A DNA stretch of 64,000 bases, from contig JAXLZV010000002.1 of the NCBI GenBank assembly GCA_046350755.1, forward strand, positions 19,379 to 83,378, in the 5' to 3' direction. Origin of the DNA: Candidatus Saccharimonadota bacterium. Lineage in GTDB: Bacteria; Patescibacteriota; Saccharimonadia; CAILAD01; GCA-016700035. The notes under the pieces were generated by a model. The model made no database searches. It saw nothing but the letters and a program-made list of their open reading frames with translations, and was not told the origin of the DNA. Of the stretch, positions 46,001 through 58,113 are shown piece after piece. Both the position numbers and the translations under genes were made by a program. The first letter of the stretch is position 1. The number at the start of each line of letters is the position of its first letter.

Positions 46001-47518
46001 ACCAACTGCCCCACGAATTCGGGCGGCGATATAGCCAGGGTCAGCCGACTGGATGTAAAAGTTGGCCGAGGCCTGAATACTGGCGGAGTTCTGGATATAA
46101 TCCGACGAACCTGCCGACGGCGCACAACCACCTGACGTACAAATCGCCACTCCACCGATCCGGTAGGCACTACCGGCCGCCAAATTCACATCGCCATTCA
46201 CATCTAGCGTATAGCCCGGTGGCACTGCGGTCCCGAAGCCGATACCAACTCGGCTATTGGACGTGTCGATGCGCAACACATCAGTCGTGCCAGCCGCGTT
46301 CTGTACCCTCAAGACTGCGTTCGAGTTAGCCGTTGGTTTGAAAATATTTTGCGTGTCTTTCAAGGCGACATTTGTGCTGAGGCGAGCATCGGCAACTGTC
46401 CCGCTGGTGAGCTCACTAGCATTCAAACTCGTCAGATTCGAACCATTCAGTACCGGGAGATAGCCAAGGCCATTGAGCTGGACGAGTTGGGCAGCGCCAT
46501 TGAAGATATTGCCTTGGACAGTGACATTCGCACTCAACCGAGCATCAGCTAGGGTACCCGAGGTTAAGGCACTGGCATTGAGGTTGGTGAGTAGTGAACC
46601 ATTGACGGCTGGTAGAGCTCCTGAGCCATTGAGTTGGACGAGTTGGTTGGCGTTGTTGAAGGTATTGCCCTGAAGAGTGGCGATCGCCCCATCGAGATCG
46701 ATGTTGACCGAGCTACCGGAACCCCCACCGGTGAGACCAGAGCCAACGGTAATGGTGCCAATGCCCGAGCCACCACCAACTGAACTAATGGTGATGGCAG
46801 TACCGGAGGCTGAGACAGTCACATTAGTACCACCCACGATGTCGAGATTGCCACCGTTGTTGACGAGACCATTGATGGAGCTGACAACATTACCCTGGAG
46901 AGAGGAGAGGGAGATGGATTGACCGAGCCGGGTGACATTGGCACTCAGACGAGCGTCATCGACGGTACCGGTCGTCAGGGCGCTAGCGTTGAGGTTAGTT
47001 AAGCGAGCACCGTTACCGACGAAGGCACCAGCACCGAGGGTGCCGGTGATGTTGGCATTGCCAGCTTGCGGTGAACCGGGGAAGGTGGACTGGAGAGTGA
47101 TCTTGTTGGTGAGGGTGGCGGCGAGGTTGCTGATCGCCTCAGGAGATAATGACAAAATACCAGCAATCGAGACATCACCATTGACGGCCAACTGTGAAGT
47201 ATTACTTGGGATTGCCAGTGGCGAACTCCCCTTCTCCAGGCCAACACTCGAGACCGGAAAACTATCCGGGTTGAGAGTCTCGCCACCTCGCCCGCGCAAC
47301 CAAAAAACGCTCCCGCCAATCAGGGCCACAAGCGAGATGAGTCCAAGCGCTATGCCAACACGGCGAAAGATTTTTCGACCTCGCAGCTTCGTCACAGCGC
47401 CCGAAGGCTGCGGTGTCGCGGTAGCCGCTAGATCAACAAATTCCGCCGCTTCGCGCGTCGGCGTGCGGTTCAGACTGGTCTCTGATACTGGATCGATTCC
47501 GGGTTGGTTTGGATTCAT
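43010..47518 (-). CDS. Giant (1502 aa) cell-surface protein, tandem paralog of 38266..43005 (transmembrane anchor, tail-fibre-like repeats, Kelch-type propeller, conserved C-terminal domain)
   Basis: It has the same architecture. Kelch-like 'NGYLYHIGG', 'NGRIYVAQY', 'NGYLYIATGG', 'DGYLVVMGG' and 'NGYIYFAGG' are present. The C-terminal ~120 aa align with those of the neighbour. Confidence 0.7.
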   Translation of the reverse strand: MNPNQPGIDPVSETSLNRTPTREAAEFVDLAATATPQPSGAVTKLRGRKIFRRVGIALGLISLVALIGGSVFWLRGRGGETLNPDSFPVSSVGLEKGSSPLAIPSNTSQLAVNGDVSIAGILSLSPEAISNLAATLTNKITLQSTFPGSPQAGNANITGTLGAGAFVGNGARLTNLNASALTTGTVDDARLSANVTRLGQSISLSSLQGNVVSSINGLVNNGGNLDIVGGTNVTVSASGTAITISSVGGGSGIGTITVGSGLTGGGSGSSVNIDLDGAIATLQGNTFNNANQLVQLNGSGALPAVNGSLLTNLNASALTSGTLADARLSANVTVQGNIFNGAAQLVQLNGLGYLPVLNGSNLTSLNASELTSGTVADARLSTNVALKDTQNIFKPTANSNAVLRVQNAAGTTDVLRIDTSNSRVGIGFGTAVPPGYTLDVNGDVNLAAGSAYRIGGVAICTSGGCAPSAGSSDYIQNSASIQASANFYIQSADPGYIAARIRGAVGQTANLLQLDDSLGGEVFSVGPTGATTIQGNTLIRPEYSATALVVQNVTGTINTLRVDTQAGAVLIGYAPGATPGGNLDVNGDTNLASGGAYRIGGTTICDASGCLVAGGSGNYIQNGTSFQTANFAIQSADAANITASIAGTAGQTADIFQVLDQPGFTRLLTVTATGDLKVQPSVDSTTALRVLRSDGVTEALRVDTVNGRTTFGDNGTTTSGVLNVEASGTQTAFEVNSNSTGNLMRLTHNVSGIDVVAISAGGSATFQAVSGSTTAFRIQDAASNTILNVDSTNNRINLGGGTLAAKLGVTTSGSTVGAMINNTGVGDSLVIQKNGAPVLAVFDSGELSIQNSANSSTALGVFNSASGSVLQLATGNGAANSTPSLIFNGSLIGDLSTETTSSPSGALARAGGAAVTLNGYLYHIGGQTSAPADSTTVQYAVLNGNGTTGTFSTTTVLPGAGSQNAGAVVYNGRIYVAQYNTSAVYYTRPNNDGSITSWTTASATIPNNDIHPSGNMVVANGYLYIATGGGANHNLIYGAKINADGSLGSFVTAATLPGSVARLYPQTVVVDGYLVVMGGQDGGGTPQSSVYTFATNTDGTLGAGVTTTSLPVARSQGSAFVLNGYIYFAGGSSVDIYYAQLSASGTITSWNTSAPALTQALGRTPVVVYNGYANFVFGLKNGIYSNTITTMTGARTQLGGTLDLIGISNGTMVAGAGDSGGSVNAGNVSAAGRLQVSGNAQLAGGAVVRNLFQVQGDAAFRATSASSTNTLQVQDSSGATVFNVDAANKAVSIGTATQTAVLTVVSNLAGVNILQITDSTATAQNVLTIADGGATTFRNQTNSGAAFAVQNAAGNSLFTVDTSASRVVLGTSAFATDIKFAGVGQVQNAITRDFTCTVSEAVNDIVVFSAANTVARTTTANSNRVAGVVTNKPGTTTCTTAIAGVVAVWFSSNGAPATIGDPVVTSTVSGAAQSTTTPTTGAMLGNSLSTKDGSNLVWIRLR
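46419..47129. repeat. Second copy of the ~710 bp identical block (see 41897..42607)
   Basis: As above. Confidence 0.85.
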
Positions 47519-47620
47519 ATATTACGTCAACACAAGCAACAAACTTTCACCCATTTCGGGTGCTTGTATCATTTTACCTGGCCAACAGATAGAAGCACAA
47601 GGGGTTTCTATCAGCTTATG

Positions 47621-50035
<2,415 letters not shown>

Positions 50036-50039
<4 letters not shown>

Positions 50040-51508
50040 GACTGCTCCGTCCCCTGTGGCGTAGAACTAGGCGGGGTTGGCTGAACGGCATCGGCAAAGA
50101 TATTTGAGGCAAGCTCGAAAGGATCGGTCTCGGGATTACCTTCGGCGATATCTTTGACAACTGACTTAAGCCAACTGACCGAGTAATCCGATTGATTAGT
50201 TACACTAAAGGCGGTTTGGAGCATGATTTGTTGCTCGCGCAGGGTATAGAGCTCGTCCGGTGTTTGATTAAAAAGTGAATACAAAATCCCGCTGAGCTGC
50301 AAATCCGTGCGCATATCGTTTGATAATTCGGTACCAAAGTGAGCGAACTGACCAGCCTGACGAGCCCGTGCCAAGACCTGGCTGACCCGACTTGCGATTT
50401 CCTTATGAGCGTGCGATTGAGCCCGTCCACCAACACGCGATACTGACAGACCGACATTCACAGCCGGTCGCGTGCCTTGATACATCGTCGCAACATCAAA
50501 CACAATTTGACCATCAGTCATCGATATCAAACTAGTTGAAAGGTAGCCGGTGATATCATCATTGGGCGTAACCGCCAGCGGCAGAGCCGTCAGACTTTTG
50601 CCGTTAGATGATAATTTTCCAGCCCGCTCCAATAATGAGGAGTGCGTGTAGAACATATCGCCCGGAAATGACTCACGGCCAGGGTTAGCGCCCAGTACCA
50701 GCGAGATCTCACGCCACACCTTAGCGTGGGATGAAAAATCATCATAAATAATTACCGTGTCCTGCCCGCCTTGCCAGAGCTCTTCAGCCAAGGCGCAGCC
50801 GGCGTACGGCGCTAGATACTGCAGCATTACTGAGTCAAAAACATCCGCGATAACCAATGCCACCTTATCACGCACACCAGCCGCCTCGAGCCGCAGAATC
50901 AGCTGATCGATATCAGTCCGACGCTTGGCGATCAACACCAAGACGACCGCTCGACCAGCCCGCGCCTGATTAATCGTCAACTGAGTCGCAAAGGTAGTTT
51001 TGCCAGATTTTGCATCACCCATGATGGCTATCCTTTGACCAAGCACAATCGGGAAAAGCGTATCTACGATCGTTACCCCAGTCTCAAGCTGCTCATTGAG
51101 TATAGCGCGCTCTGAAAAAGTCGGAGCTGGACCAAAAACTGGTCGATGTTGTTTCGCCAGCACCGGCGACTTGGCATCGAGTGGGCGCATTAATGGATTC
51201 ACCATCCGCCCCAATAACTTAGCCGTCACCGGGACCGTTAGCTCGTCAGCCTTGGCGACGACCAAACAACCGATGTGCACACCTTCCGAATCAATCGTGA
51301 GGATTAGAGCCGTGTCATCATCCAACTCACGCACCAGGCCGGTCTCACCCGTCTCAAAAACAACCTGTCCACCAACCGCGACCCCTACTAAACCCCGTAC
51401 CGTCACGGCAAATCGTCGCACGCCGATCACTTCACCAGTCGGCTGACCAGCGGCTGAAAGCGCTGCGAACTCTGAGACGGCTTTAACCACGCAACAGCTC
51501 CGTCGCAC
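50036..51508 (-). CDS. atpA: F1 ATPase alpha subunit (GTG start; the start could be 51490 instead)
   Basis: 'LQYLAPYAGCALAEE', 'IIYDDFSSHAKVWREISLVLGANPGRESFPGDMFYTHSSLLERAGKLS' and 'AVNVGLSVSRVGGRAQ' match alpha. The P-loop is GDAKSGKT. Confidence 0.9.
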
Positions 51509-51929
51509 GATCAGTATGCAGAGCCAGCGCCTTCGCGAGACTCATATCATAGACATGCTTACCCGTACGCAAACGCAAACCACCAATCAGTGAGCGCTGA
51601 ACATGAATCCGAATCAGTATATTGGCATCAAGTGTTGTCCTGAGCCAGTGCACCAGTGAGGTCGTTAACTCATCACTGGGAGTGCGCGCCAGCTCAATTT
51701 CAAATACTGTCGCCGAACGAGCAAAATCATCAATCGCTCGAGCCGCTGCTTCGGCGCCAAGTTGCTCCGATAGACCCGCTAACCAGCGCTGCGTATCAGC
51801 ATCAAAATCATCCAACGATGAGCCTTTAGCCGATGTTGAATCGGCCAAGCGCTCAAGGGCCAATCGACACGCCTCCAATTGGGCTAAAGTATGGACGCCC
51901 AGCGGCAACTGCATAGCCTGATTAGGCAC
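51483..51929 (-). CDS. atpH: F-type ATPase delta (OSCP) subunit, short (148 aa)
   Basis: Its position between atpF and atpA, and its helical content. The sequence similarity is weak, so the call rests mainly on synteny. Confidence 0.5.
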   Translation of the reverse strand: MPNQAMQLPLGVHTLAQLEACRLALERLADSTSAKGSSLDDFDADTQRWLAGLSEQLGAEAAARAIDDFARSATVFEIELARTPSDELTTSLVHWLRTTLDANILIRIHVQRSLIGGLRLRTGKHVYDMSLAKALALHTDRATELLRG

Positions 51930-52542
51930 GTTTAATATCCTCCAGGAGTTGCGGTTTGATACTCTCCAGTTGCTGCAAGATCAGCGCCTGTTGATCAGAC
52001 AGATCCAAGCCGCTCGCAACTGTCGCCATGTAGTCAGCAAACAATTCACCTAATGCTGCATCGACCCGACTCAAAGCCGCAGCTTTACGCTCGTCAACCA
52101 AGGCTTGGACGGCCTGATCAGCTTGCTCAGCGTGCGCAGCAATCATTTGATCGATCGTCGCTAAACGAGTTTTGAGTTGAGCCACTGACTGGTCCAGCGC
52201 CGCGGTATAGCCCGTAGTGGTTGTCTGCATGAGCCCATTGATGGTGCTCGCTAACTGGGCGTCTGGATCGCCGACCTGCTGCTTGAGCTTAGCCAATAAA
52301 TCATTGCTCGTCTTTGTCAGTTCTGACTCAAAGCGTTTAAGCTCGCGCACCATCGAGGCTTCGTACTGCCGGCTTGCCTCTTCGTGCAACTTGGCCAGCT
52401 GATCTTTCGTCAATGGTGAGTCGTGCTTCACCTTAGCACGGCGGTTTTCGAGCGTCTGTAAACGAACCCCAAGCCAGACCATGACCAGGAGGATGAGGAC
52501 CGAGAGCCCGATGAGCAATAACAATAACGACACAATATCCAT
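51922..52542 (-). CDS. atpF: F-type ATPase b subunit
   Basis: One N-terminal transmembrane helix (MDIVSLLLLLIGLSVLILLVMVWLGV) is followed by ~180 aa of charged coiled-coil, and the gene lies immediately upstream of atpH. Confidence 0.6.
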   Translation of the reverse strand: MDIVSLLLLLIGLSVLILLVMVWLGVRLQTLENRRAKVKHDSPLTKDQLAKLHEEASRQYEASMVRELKRFESELTKTSNDLLAKLKQQVGDPDAQLASTINGLMQTTTTGYTAALDQSVAQLKTRLATIDQMIAAHAEQADQAVQALVDERKAAALSRVDAALGELFADYMATVASGLDLSDQQALILQQLESIKPQLLEDIKRA

Positions 52543-52544
52543 AT

Positions 52545-53381
52545 CTATCTCCCTATTATGATATACGCCACGACAATACTCACCACCATCAGCGCCACAA
52601 CTATTAATATAACCTGGGTTAAACTCCGACGGATCACTCGATGTGAGAGGGGATTACGGCCGAGTGAGTTCATACTGGCGCTAACCGACGAAAACAACAC
52701 AATCCCCGACACCAAGACCGCGATGGCTAACACCATGGCGGCAATCACAGCGTTTGAAGCTGATACCTGCTTCCCCGCAATCTGTCCTCCGAGAGTTTTG
52801 AGGTTTTCCACAAAGGCGTTCTGCAGCCCAGTCGGACCCGACCAGTCGGCAATCTCAATGGTTAACGCCACCTGACCAATCCCAACTTCAGTTGGCTTGC
52901 CCTGCGCATCATTAACGGTCCGTATCTGCGCCCCATTGGTAGACCGCGTGAAGTTGGCCAGCGCCCGGCCAATCACCTTGCCAGAGCCCTTCGCCTTCAT
53001 CGCAAAGCCCTCAATCGGCGAGGCTGTCAGCTGATCGCCAACTGCAATATCACCATTGATTGTCGACACGTTGATCGACACCGCACCACTGGTTGCAACT
53101 TGGACATTCGTACCGCTGCCGCTGGTCGAATAGCTGACAAATGATTCATCTTTAGCCACCACGACACCAGCTAGGGCAGTTCGATTCTGAGGCGTGGCGG
53201 GTACGACCTTCTGACTATCTCCACTATCTCTAGACACCACCGTTCCGGCACTATAATTCTCGTTGGCCGAATAAGATTGCGCAACAACAGCATCAGCCGC
53301 TCGTCCACTCGTTGTCCAAGCGAAAAAGACTACGGCTGCGAGTACTGCCCACAGGGTAAATTTCTGGACTCGACTCCACAT
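52545..53381 (-). CDS. Hypothetical protein in the slot normally occupied by atpE/atpB: signal peptide, ~200 aa Ser/Thr/Gly-rich soluble region, and a C-terminal two-helix membrane hairpin with no membrane-embedded carboxylate
   Basis: Translation was read directly. It is 3 nt from the atpF start. It is not recognisable as an a- or c-subunit. Confidence 0.4.
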   Translation of the reverse strand: MWSRVQKFTLWAVLAAVVFFAWTTSGRAADAVVAQSYSANENYSAGTVVSRDSGDSQKVVPATPQNRTALAGVVVAKDESFVSYSTSGSGTNVQVATSGAVSINVSTINGDIAVGDQLTASPIEGFAMKAKGSGKVIGRALANFTRSTNGAQIRTVNDAQGKPTEVGIGQVALTIEIADWSGPTGLQNAFVENLKTLGGQIAGKQVSASNAVIAAMVLAIAVLVSGIVLFSSVSASMNSLGRNPLSHRVIRRSLTQVILIVVALMVVSIVVAYIIIGR

Positions 53382-53411
53382 AATGCTTATGTTCTATTCT
53401 ACCAGAATAGC

Positions 53412-53987
53412 TTAGCTTGATGGGGTATCGCGATGGCGAAAACGGAAGATAATTTTCTCGACTAAAAAGCCGATACAGCCACCGACCAAGAGCCCGACTA
53501 AAAATTCGGAGCCCGAGAGCCGAAAGCCCATCGCTCGCGCTACCACATAGAGAAACCCGCCAAACAGCAGGCCGCCAATTAATCCGCCCCAGAGAAAACT
53601 TGGTCGATAGATCGTCTCTTCGAGCAATTCACTAACTGCCTCGACAGGTTTAGCGTGAATGAGCCTTGAAAACGTCCGCTGAGCTGGCGACAGCTGGTGT
53701 CGAACTTGAGACATAGTCTTCACAAAAACCGCATCGCGTTCACGTCGCGAGATAACCTTCGGCTCGCCTTTTTCGGCGGGTTGTTCACTGGCTCGCTCCC
53801 GATCACCCGGGCGTGGCTCCTGCTCGGTCGCCTTCAGCTTATCGCGGGCCACTTCGACTGAGTGCTCACGCTCAGCCCGACTCTGCTTCTGCACTTCAGC
53901 CCGCTGCTGATGCTCAGGGTTGAGCTTCAACTTCTCATGACTCGTCGCAGCTGACTTCTCCGGATTATGTGGCTGTTTTTCAACCAT
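53412..53987 (-). CDS. Hypothetical protein: ~110 aa charged/disordered N-terminus plus a Gly-rich two-helix membrane hairpin (GGLIGGLLFGG...FLVGLLVGGCIGFLVEK)
   Basis: Translation was read directly. It overlaps the upstream gene by 8 nt (operon coupling). Confidence 0.4.
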   Translation of the reverse strand: MVEKQPHNPEKSAATSHEKLKLNPEHQQRAEVQKQSRAEREHSVEVARDKLKATEQEPRPGDRERASEQPAEKGEPKVISRRERDAVFVKTMSQVRHQLSPAQRTFSRLIHAKPVEAVSELLEETIYRPSFLWGGLIGGLLFGGFLYVVARAMGFRLSGSEFLVGLLVGGCIGFLVEKIIFRFRHRDTPSS

Positions 53988-55548
53988 GGTTTTCTCCTCC
54001 TTCAGTGGTAGCCAAGATACTCAGTTCTTTGCGGATCAAGCGGTTGCGCAGGAGGATAAACACCATCCCACTCGTAAACAGGGCTAAACCGGTATTGGCC
54101 ACCCCAGGGCCTGTTGCCGGCAGACTAGTCGAAACTTTTTCAATTTGCTTGGCTGGCGGAACAGCTAGAAGAATCTCAATTCGATTACCGTAGAAAATAT
54201 TCTCCATCTTCAGATCAAAGCTATCGCGATCACTAGCCCCAACGGGTGTGGTTGGAATTGGATTTTTCACTTTGACAATAAACTGTTGTGTAGCCTGCTC
54301 GCCTGGTTTAATGTCCTGCTTGTTCCACACCAAAGTCTTCTGCGTCAGCTTGTCTTGACCCGGGATAGTCTTCTCGACTAAGCGCGCCCCACCCAGGTCG
54401 ATCACATCGGCATAATCAAGAATATCGGCGATATTTTCTTCAAACACAAAGTCCTCGAATGTGCCCGTCCCTGAGTTGTGTACAGCGATGGTGTAGCGAA
54501 TTTCATTGCCACCCGCAACCGTTGTCCCAGCAGCGTTGGTGGGCTGGTTATTCTTATCTTTCACGCTTAAATTCACGGCCTGCTTGATGTAGCTCAGGTT
54601 TGGACTGGTTAAATCTAGCTTTTGCTCACAAGCCGTGGAAAAATTCGTTATTCCGGCCGAGGTGGAAACCCGGACCCGCGCCGTGAACATCCCCGGCTTC
54701 TTGTAGGTATGGGTTACCCTGGCATCTTTGGTCTCTAAGGTTGTCCCATCACCAAAGTCATACAGAAAACTCTTGAGGGTAGTATTCTCAACTGTCGATT
54801 GCGTCACAAACGTCACATCCAGTGGAGGTGTCTTGCGCGTGTTTTGCGGATCAGGAAATGCCTGCAAGCTATTACAGCTATACTTGGCCGGCTTGGGTGT
54901 TGGCGGTGGTGGAGGTGGTGGAGGCGGGCTGGTCGGTGAGGGTGGCGGAATAGTTGGCGGGGGTGGGCTGGGTGGCACTTCTTTCGTACCAGGGTTATGG
55001 GTCACTTCAATCACTGGATTGCCGCAATCAAACAGAATCCACGCTCTCGCCCCATCGGCATTCCTGCCCTGCAAAGCGCTAAATACCTTATTATTCCCCC
55101 AGACTCGCAATGGTCGTAACCAGATCGCGGTATGCGCACCCGGCACATCGAGGCGCACATTATTTTCTCCATGCTGATAGCGCCCCATCGACCACACTTC
55201 TAGCGAAGAATTAACTGAGCCTGGCGTCATCCGAGCAATGTCATCACGGGTGATTCTGACTCGCCCATAAATGGCACGCAATTCTGGATTGCTATCATAT
55301 TTTCGCAACAAATCATCCCGACTTCTGATACCGCCGTAGACGATGTCATTCCCCGAGCCGGCGCTGGCCTCCGAAACTTGTGGTGGCGCCAAAAAGGTAA
55401 AAGCTTGAAAACCAACTAGAACCACCGCCAGAATCGCTGTGGCAACTCGCGAGGTCTGTTCTTGCCCAAGCCGCTTAATGTAAAAAGCCAAGACATTTTT
55501 GTCTTGTCGACCGAGAGAGATATTTGTGACGACGTCCCGAAAAAGCAT
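53980..55548 (-). CDS. Cell-wall-anchored surface protein: signal/transmembrane N-terminus, a poly-Pro linker, a PKD domain, and a C-terminal LPATG sortase sorting signal with a hydrophobic stretch and basic tail
   Basis: The PKD signature is 'FGDGTTLETKDARVTHTYKKPGMFTARVRV'. The linker is 'PPSPPPPTIPPPSPTSPPPPPPPPPTP'. The C-terminus is 'LPATGPGVANTGLALFTSGMVFILLRNRLIRKE'. Confidence 0.6.
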   Translation of the reverse strand: MLFRDVVTNISLGRQDKNVLAFYIKRLGQEQTSRVATAILAVVLVGFQAFTFLAPPQVSEASAGSGNDIVYGGIRSRDDLLRKYDSNPELRAIYGRVRITRDDIARMTPGSVNSSLEVWSMGRYQHGENNVRLDVPGAHTAIWLRPLRVWGNNKVFSALQGRNADGARAWILFDCGNPVIEVTHNPGTKEVPPSPPPPTIPPPSPTSPPPPPPPPPTPKPAKYSCNSLQAFPDPQNTRKTPPLDVTFVTQSTVENTTLKSFLYDFGDGTTLETKDARVTHTYKKPGMFTARVRVSTSAGITNFSTACEQKLDLTSPNLSYIKQAVNLSVKDKNNQPTNAAGTTVAGGNEIRYTIAVHNSGTGTFEDFVFEENIADILDYADVIDLGGARLVEKTIPGQDKLTQKTLVWNKQDIKPGEQATQQFIVKVKNPIPTTPVGASDRDSFDLKMENIFYGNRIEILLAVPPAKQIEKVSTSLPATGPGVANTGLALFTSGMVFILLRNRLIRKELSILATTEGGENHG

Positions 55549-55614
55549 GATTTACGCCATAACCTTTATGTAATTAACCTGATTGTAGACTGATTCATAC
55601 CTGAAGCGCAACCG

Positions 55615-58113
55615 CTATGCACTCGCTACCACCTCTGGCTCTGACTGCTCAGCCTTGACCTCCGGCTTGGCAGGCCGCATTTGAATTGCCGCCGAGACTT
55701 CCTCATCAACTTCAGCTTTTGGTCGGCCATACTTCGAGCGAGACAACTCTTTCATGGCCATCGCTGCCTGTGCATTGACCTCACCGACAGGTGGAAATAC
55801 CGGATTAACGGTAAAAGGAATCGTTGGCAAACCATTCGCCATCAGCTTAATAGCACCGGTTAGATTTGGCATATTGACCAAATCGTTACGGTCAAAGCTG
55901 GGTTCAAATTGCTTCTCTAAAAATTCCGCATCTTCCGGCCCACAACGATACGAGAACAACGTGCCAACATTACCAAAAACAGCACCCCGAATTTGCTCAG
56001 TTAGCTGACCAATGAATTGATTGGCCACCACCAGACTGAGGTTATACTTTCGAGCCTCTGACAAAATCGTAGCAAAACTATCAGTCGAAAAGTTCTGAAA
56101 CTCATCAACATAGAGAGTAAACTGCGGCATCGCAGCTTTATCACGGCCGGATCGAGCCAGCGCCGCTGCCAGCAGCTTAATCACAAACATCATGCCGAGT
56201 AGCTTCGAGTTATTCTCACCAACCAAGCCTTTGGAGAGATTAACGATCAAAATCTTTTTGCCGTCCATGATTTCGGTAAAATCAAACGCACTCTTATGCT
56301 GACCAATGATATTGCGCATAATCTCGTTGGAGAGAAATGCTCCCCACTTTGAGACAAACCAACCAAGCATTTCACTCTTGTGATAGTCGGAGGTCTGGCC
56401 CATCTCATTAATCCAAAAATCCTGTACCGTCGGATCGGTCACATATTTAAATTTGGCCTTCAGAAAATCATCATCCAGAAATGGTTTCGGTACCTCTAGG
56501 AAGGTTGCACCATTCGGATCGGCCATAATCGTCAGGGCAGCCTGGCGAAACCAGTGTTCAAAGCGCGGTCCAATGATGCCCTGCTGATCTGGATCATACA
56601 GCTTATAGAGCATATTTATAATCTCTTGAATGACAAAGTCTTTTTGCTCGGGGTGCTTAGGATCAAACTCCATAATATTCAGACCTACCGGCATGGCTGC
56701 GTCAGCCGGATTAAAGTAGATCACATCCTCCACACGGCTACGCGGCACCTTTGCGAGCACCGTTTCGGCTAACTCACCATGCGGATCAATCACGCATAGA
56801 CCCTTACCAAGCGCCATATCTTGCACGATAAGATCTTCCAATAACACGGACTTACCCGTACCAGTCTGTCCGATCACATACATATGTCGACTACGATCCT
56901 TATCGGTTAGACGGACGACCTTCTCCTTGCCCTGGAAGAAGTTTGACCCTATTACCACACCGTCAGTCGGTAGATCAGCCGGTCCAGAAACTTCCTTTTT
57001 ACCCTTCCGCTCGACTGGTGTGCCAATTTCATTGGAGATATCCGGCAGATGAAAGATCGTGGCCAGCTCAGTTGTGTTGAGAATCATGCCACCCTGATTC
57101 GCTGGAAATAGTCGAAAAATGAAGTTGGCCGCCAAATCCCGAGGTGTTCGGGCTTCGCTATAGCTAAAACCATTACTCCCCGGCTGATTAAATTGCGCAA
57201 AACCATTAATAATATCCTGAACAATCATCTTGCTCTGCGGTAACTGACTCGAGCTGGCGACGATACGAATCAGGGTTTCAAACGTCGGCTCGCTGGCTTT
57301 CTCCTCGATTGCCTGAGCAATCCTCTGGTCAATTGAGTCAGATTGTTTCGTTGGATCAATCTGTTGCTGCTTAGCCTGCCAGTCAGGGCTACTGAATGGC
57401 GCCTTGGCGACTTGCGCTGCGATATTCATCGGGTCATTAGCTTTGGCCTTCGACGGATTCAGCAGGCCCTTCGCCTGCCGCCGGGCATTTTTTGAGAATT
57501 TATCGGAGGTCGGACGTATCATGATTTGAACCGCCGCACCTTCATCAGCCTTTAAGCGCGACAAACCTGACAACATGCCACTCAAGGGATCAAAGTCGAG
57601 AGTCTTATACGTCTGGATTGGATACATACTTTTGTTTGTCAGTCGCAACTCACCACCACTGACGGTTTGAATCTTACCGGTTGATGAAAAAATATTATGA
57701 TCAGCAACGTGCACGATCTGAATGCCAGGATAGGCAGCGATTAAGGCTTTCTCGACAGATGTTACTAAGCCTGCCGGTACCGCCACGTAAAAAAATATCT
57801 GCTCACCCTGGGCAACGATTTCAAAAGCAATATGCCGCTGTGAATACAGCCAGCTCTTGGCAAACGTACCTGATAGGAGAGTAAAAATACCTTCTGCTTT
57901 GGAAATGTTTTCTTTGATTTCTTCGCGATCATCGCGCTGCGAGTCATCAGGCTCAGCCGGTGGTAGACGTAGCAATAATGGCACCATTTTCAAACTTCGC
58001 TCGATGTCTTTAGCGTGCCGAGCACGCCTACGCAAGAGCAGCCCGACCACCACTCCCAAAATGGCTAATATCACCAACAAACCGATAAACATACCTATCT
58101 GAAACTGGGTCAT
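55615..58113 (-). CDS. Membrane-anchored P-loop ATPase of the type-IV-secretion family (VirD4/TraD coupling-protein-like or VirB4-like AAA_10)
   Basis: An N-terminal transmembrane helix; Walker A 'GQTGTGKSV' immediately followed by 'CVIDPHGE'; Walker B 'LYVDEFQNF'; and a downstream 'VVANQ'. The length is 832 aa. Family assignment below the superfamily level is uncertain. Confidence 0.45.
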   Translation of the reverse strand: MTQFQIGMFIGLLVILAILGVVVGLLLRRRARHAKDIERSLKMVPLLLRLPPAEPDDSQRDDREEIKENISKAEGIFTLLSGTFAKSWLYSQRHIAFEIVAQGEQIFFYVAVPAGLVTSVEKALIAAYPGIQIVHVADHNIFSSTGKIQTVSGGELRLTNKSMYPIQTYKTLDFDPLSGMLSGLSRLKADEGAAVQIMIRPTSDKFSKNARRQAKGLLNPSKAKANDPMNIAAQVAKAPFSSPDWQAKQQQIDPTKQSDSIDQRIAQAIEEKASEPTFETLIRIVASSSQLPQSKMIVQDIINGFAQFNQPGSNGFSYSEARTPRDLAANFIFRLFPANQGGMILNTTELATIFHLPDISNEIGTPVERKGKKEVSGPADLPTDGVVIGSNFFQGKEKVVRLTDKDRSRHMYVIGQTGTGKSVLLEDLIVQDMALGKGLCVIDPHGELAETVLAKVPRSRVEDVIYFNPADAAMPVGLNIMEFDPKHPEQKDFVIQEIINMLYKLYDPDQQGIIGPRFEHWFRQAALTIMADPNGATFLEVPKPFLDDDFLKAKFKYVTDPTVQDFWINEMGQTSDYHKSEMLGWFVSKWGAFLSNEIMRNIIGQHKSAFDFTEIMDGKKILIVNLSKGLVGENNSKLLGMMFVIKLLAAALARSGRDKAAMPQFTLYVDEFQNFSTDSFATILSEARKYNLSLVVANQFIGQLTEQIRGAVFGNVGTLFSYRCGPEDAEFLEKQFEPSFDRNDLVNMPNLTGAIKLMANGLPTIPFTVNPVFPPVGEVNAQAAMAMKELSRSKYGRPKAEVDEEVSAAIQMRPAKPEVKAEQSEPEVVASA

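Noticed and set aside
47519-47620. Possible intrinsic terminator after atpC (small hairpin CACCC-atttc-GGGTG at ~47548-47562)
   Set aside because: The stem is only 5 bp and the following U-tract is interrupted (AAAGTTTGTT). This is too weak to call. The region may equally contain the promoter of the first giant-protein gene.
52545-53381. Tempting call of the C-terminal hairpin of this gene (ending ...VVAYIIIGR) as an ATP synthase c-subunit fused to a secreted domain
   Set aside because: The resemblance is limited to a two-helix hairpin and a C-terminal 'I.GR'. There is no GxGxGxG helix 1, and no membrane Glu/Asp at the position of the ion-binding carboxylate. It is reported only as an unusual operon neighbour.
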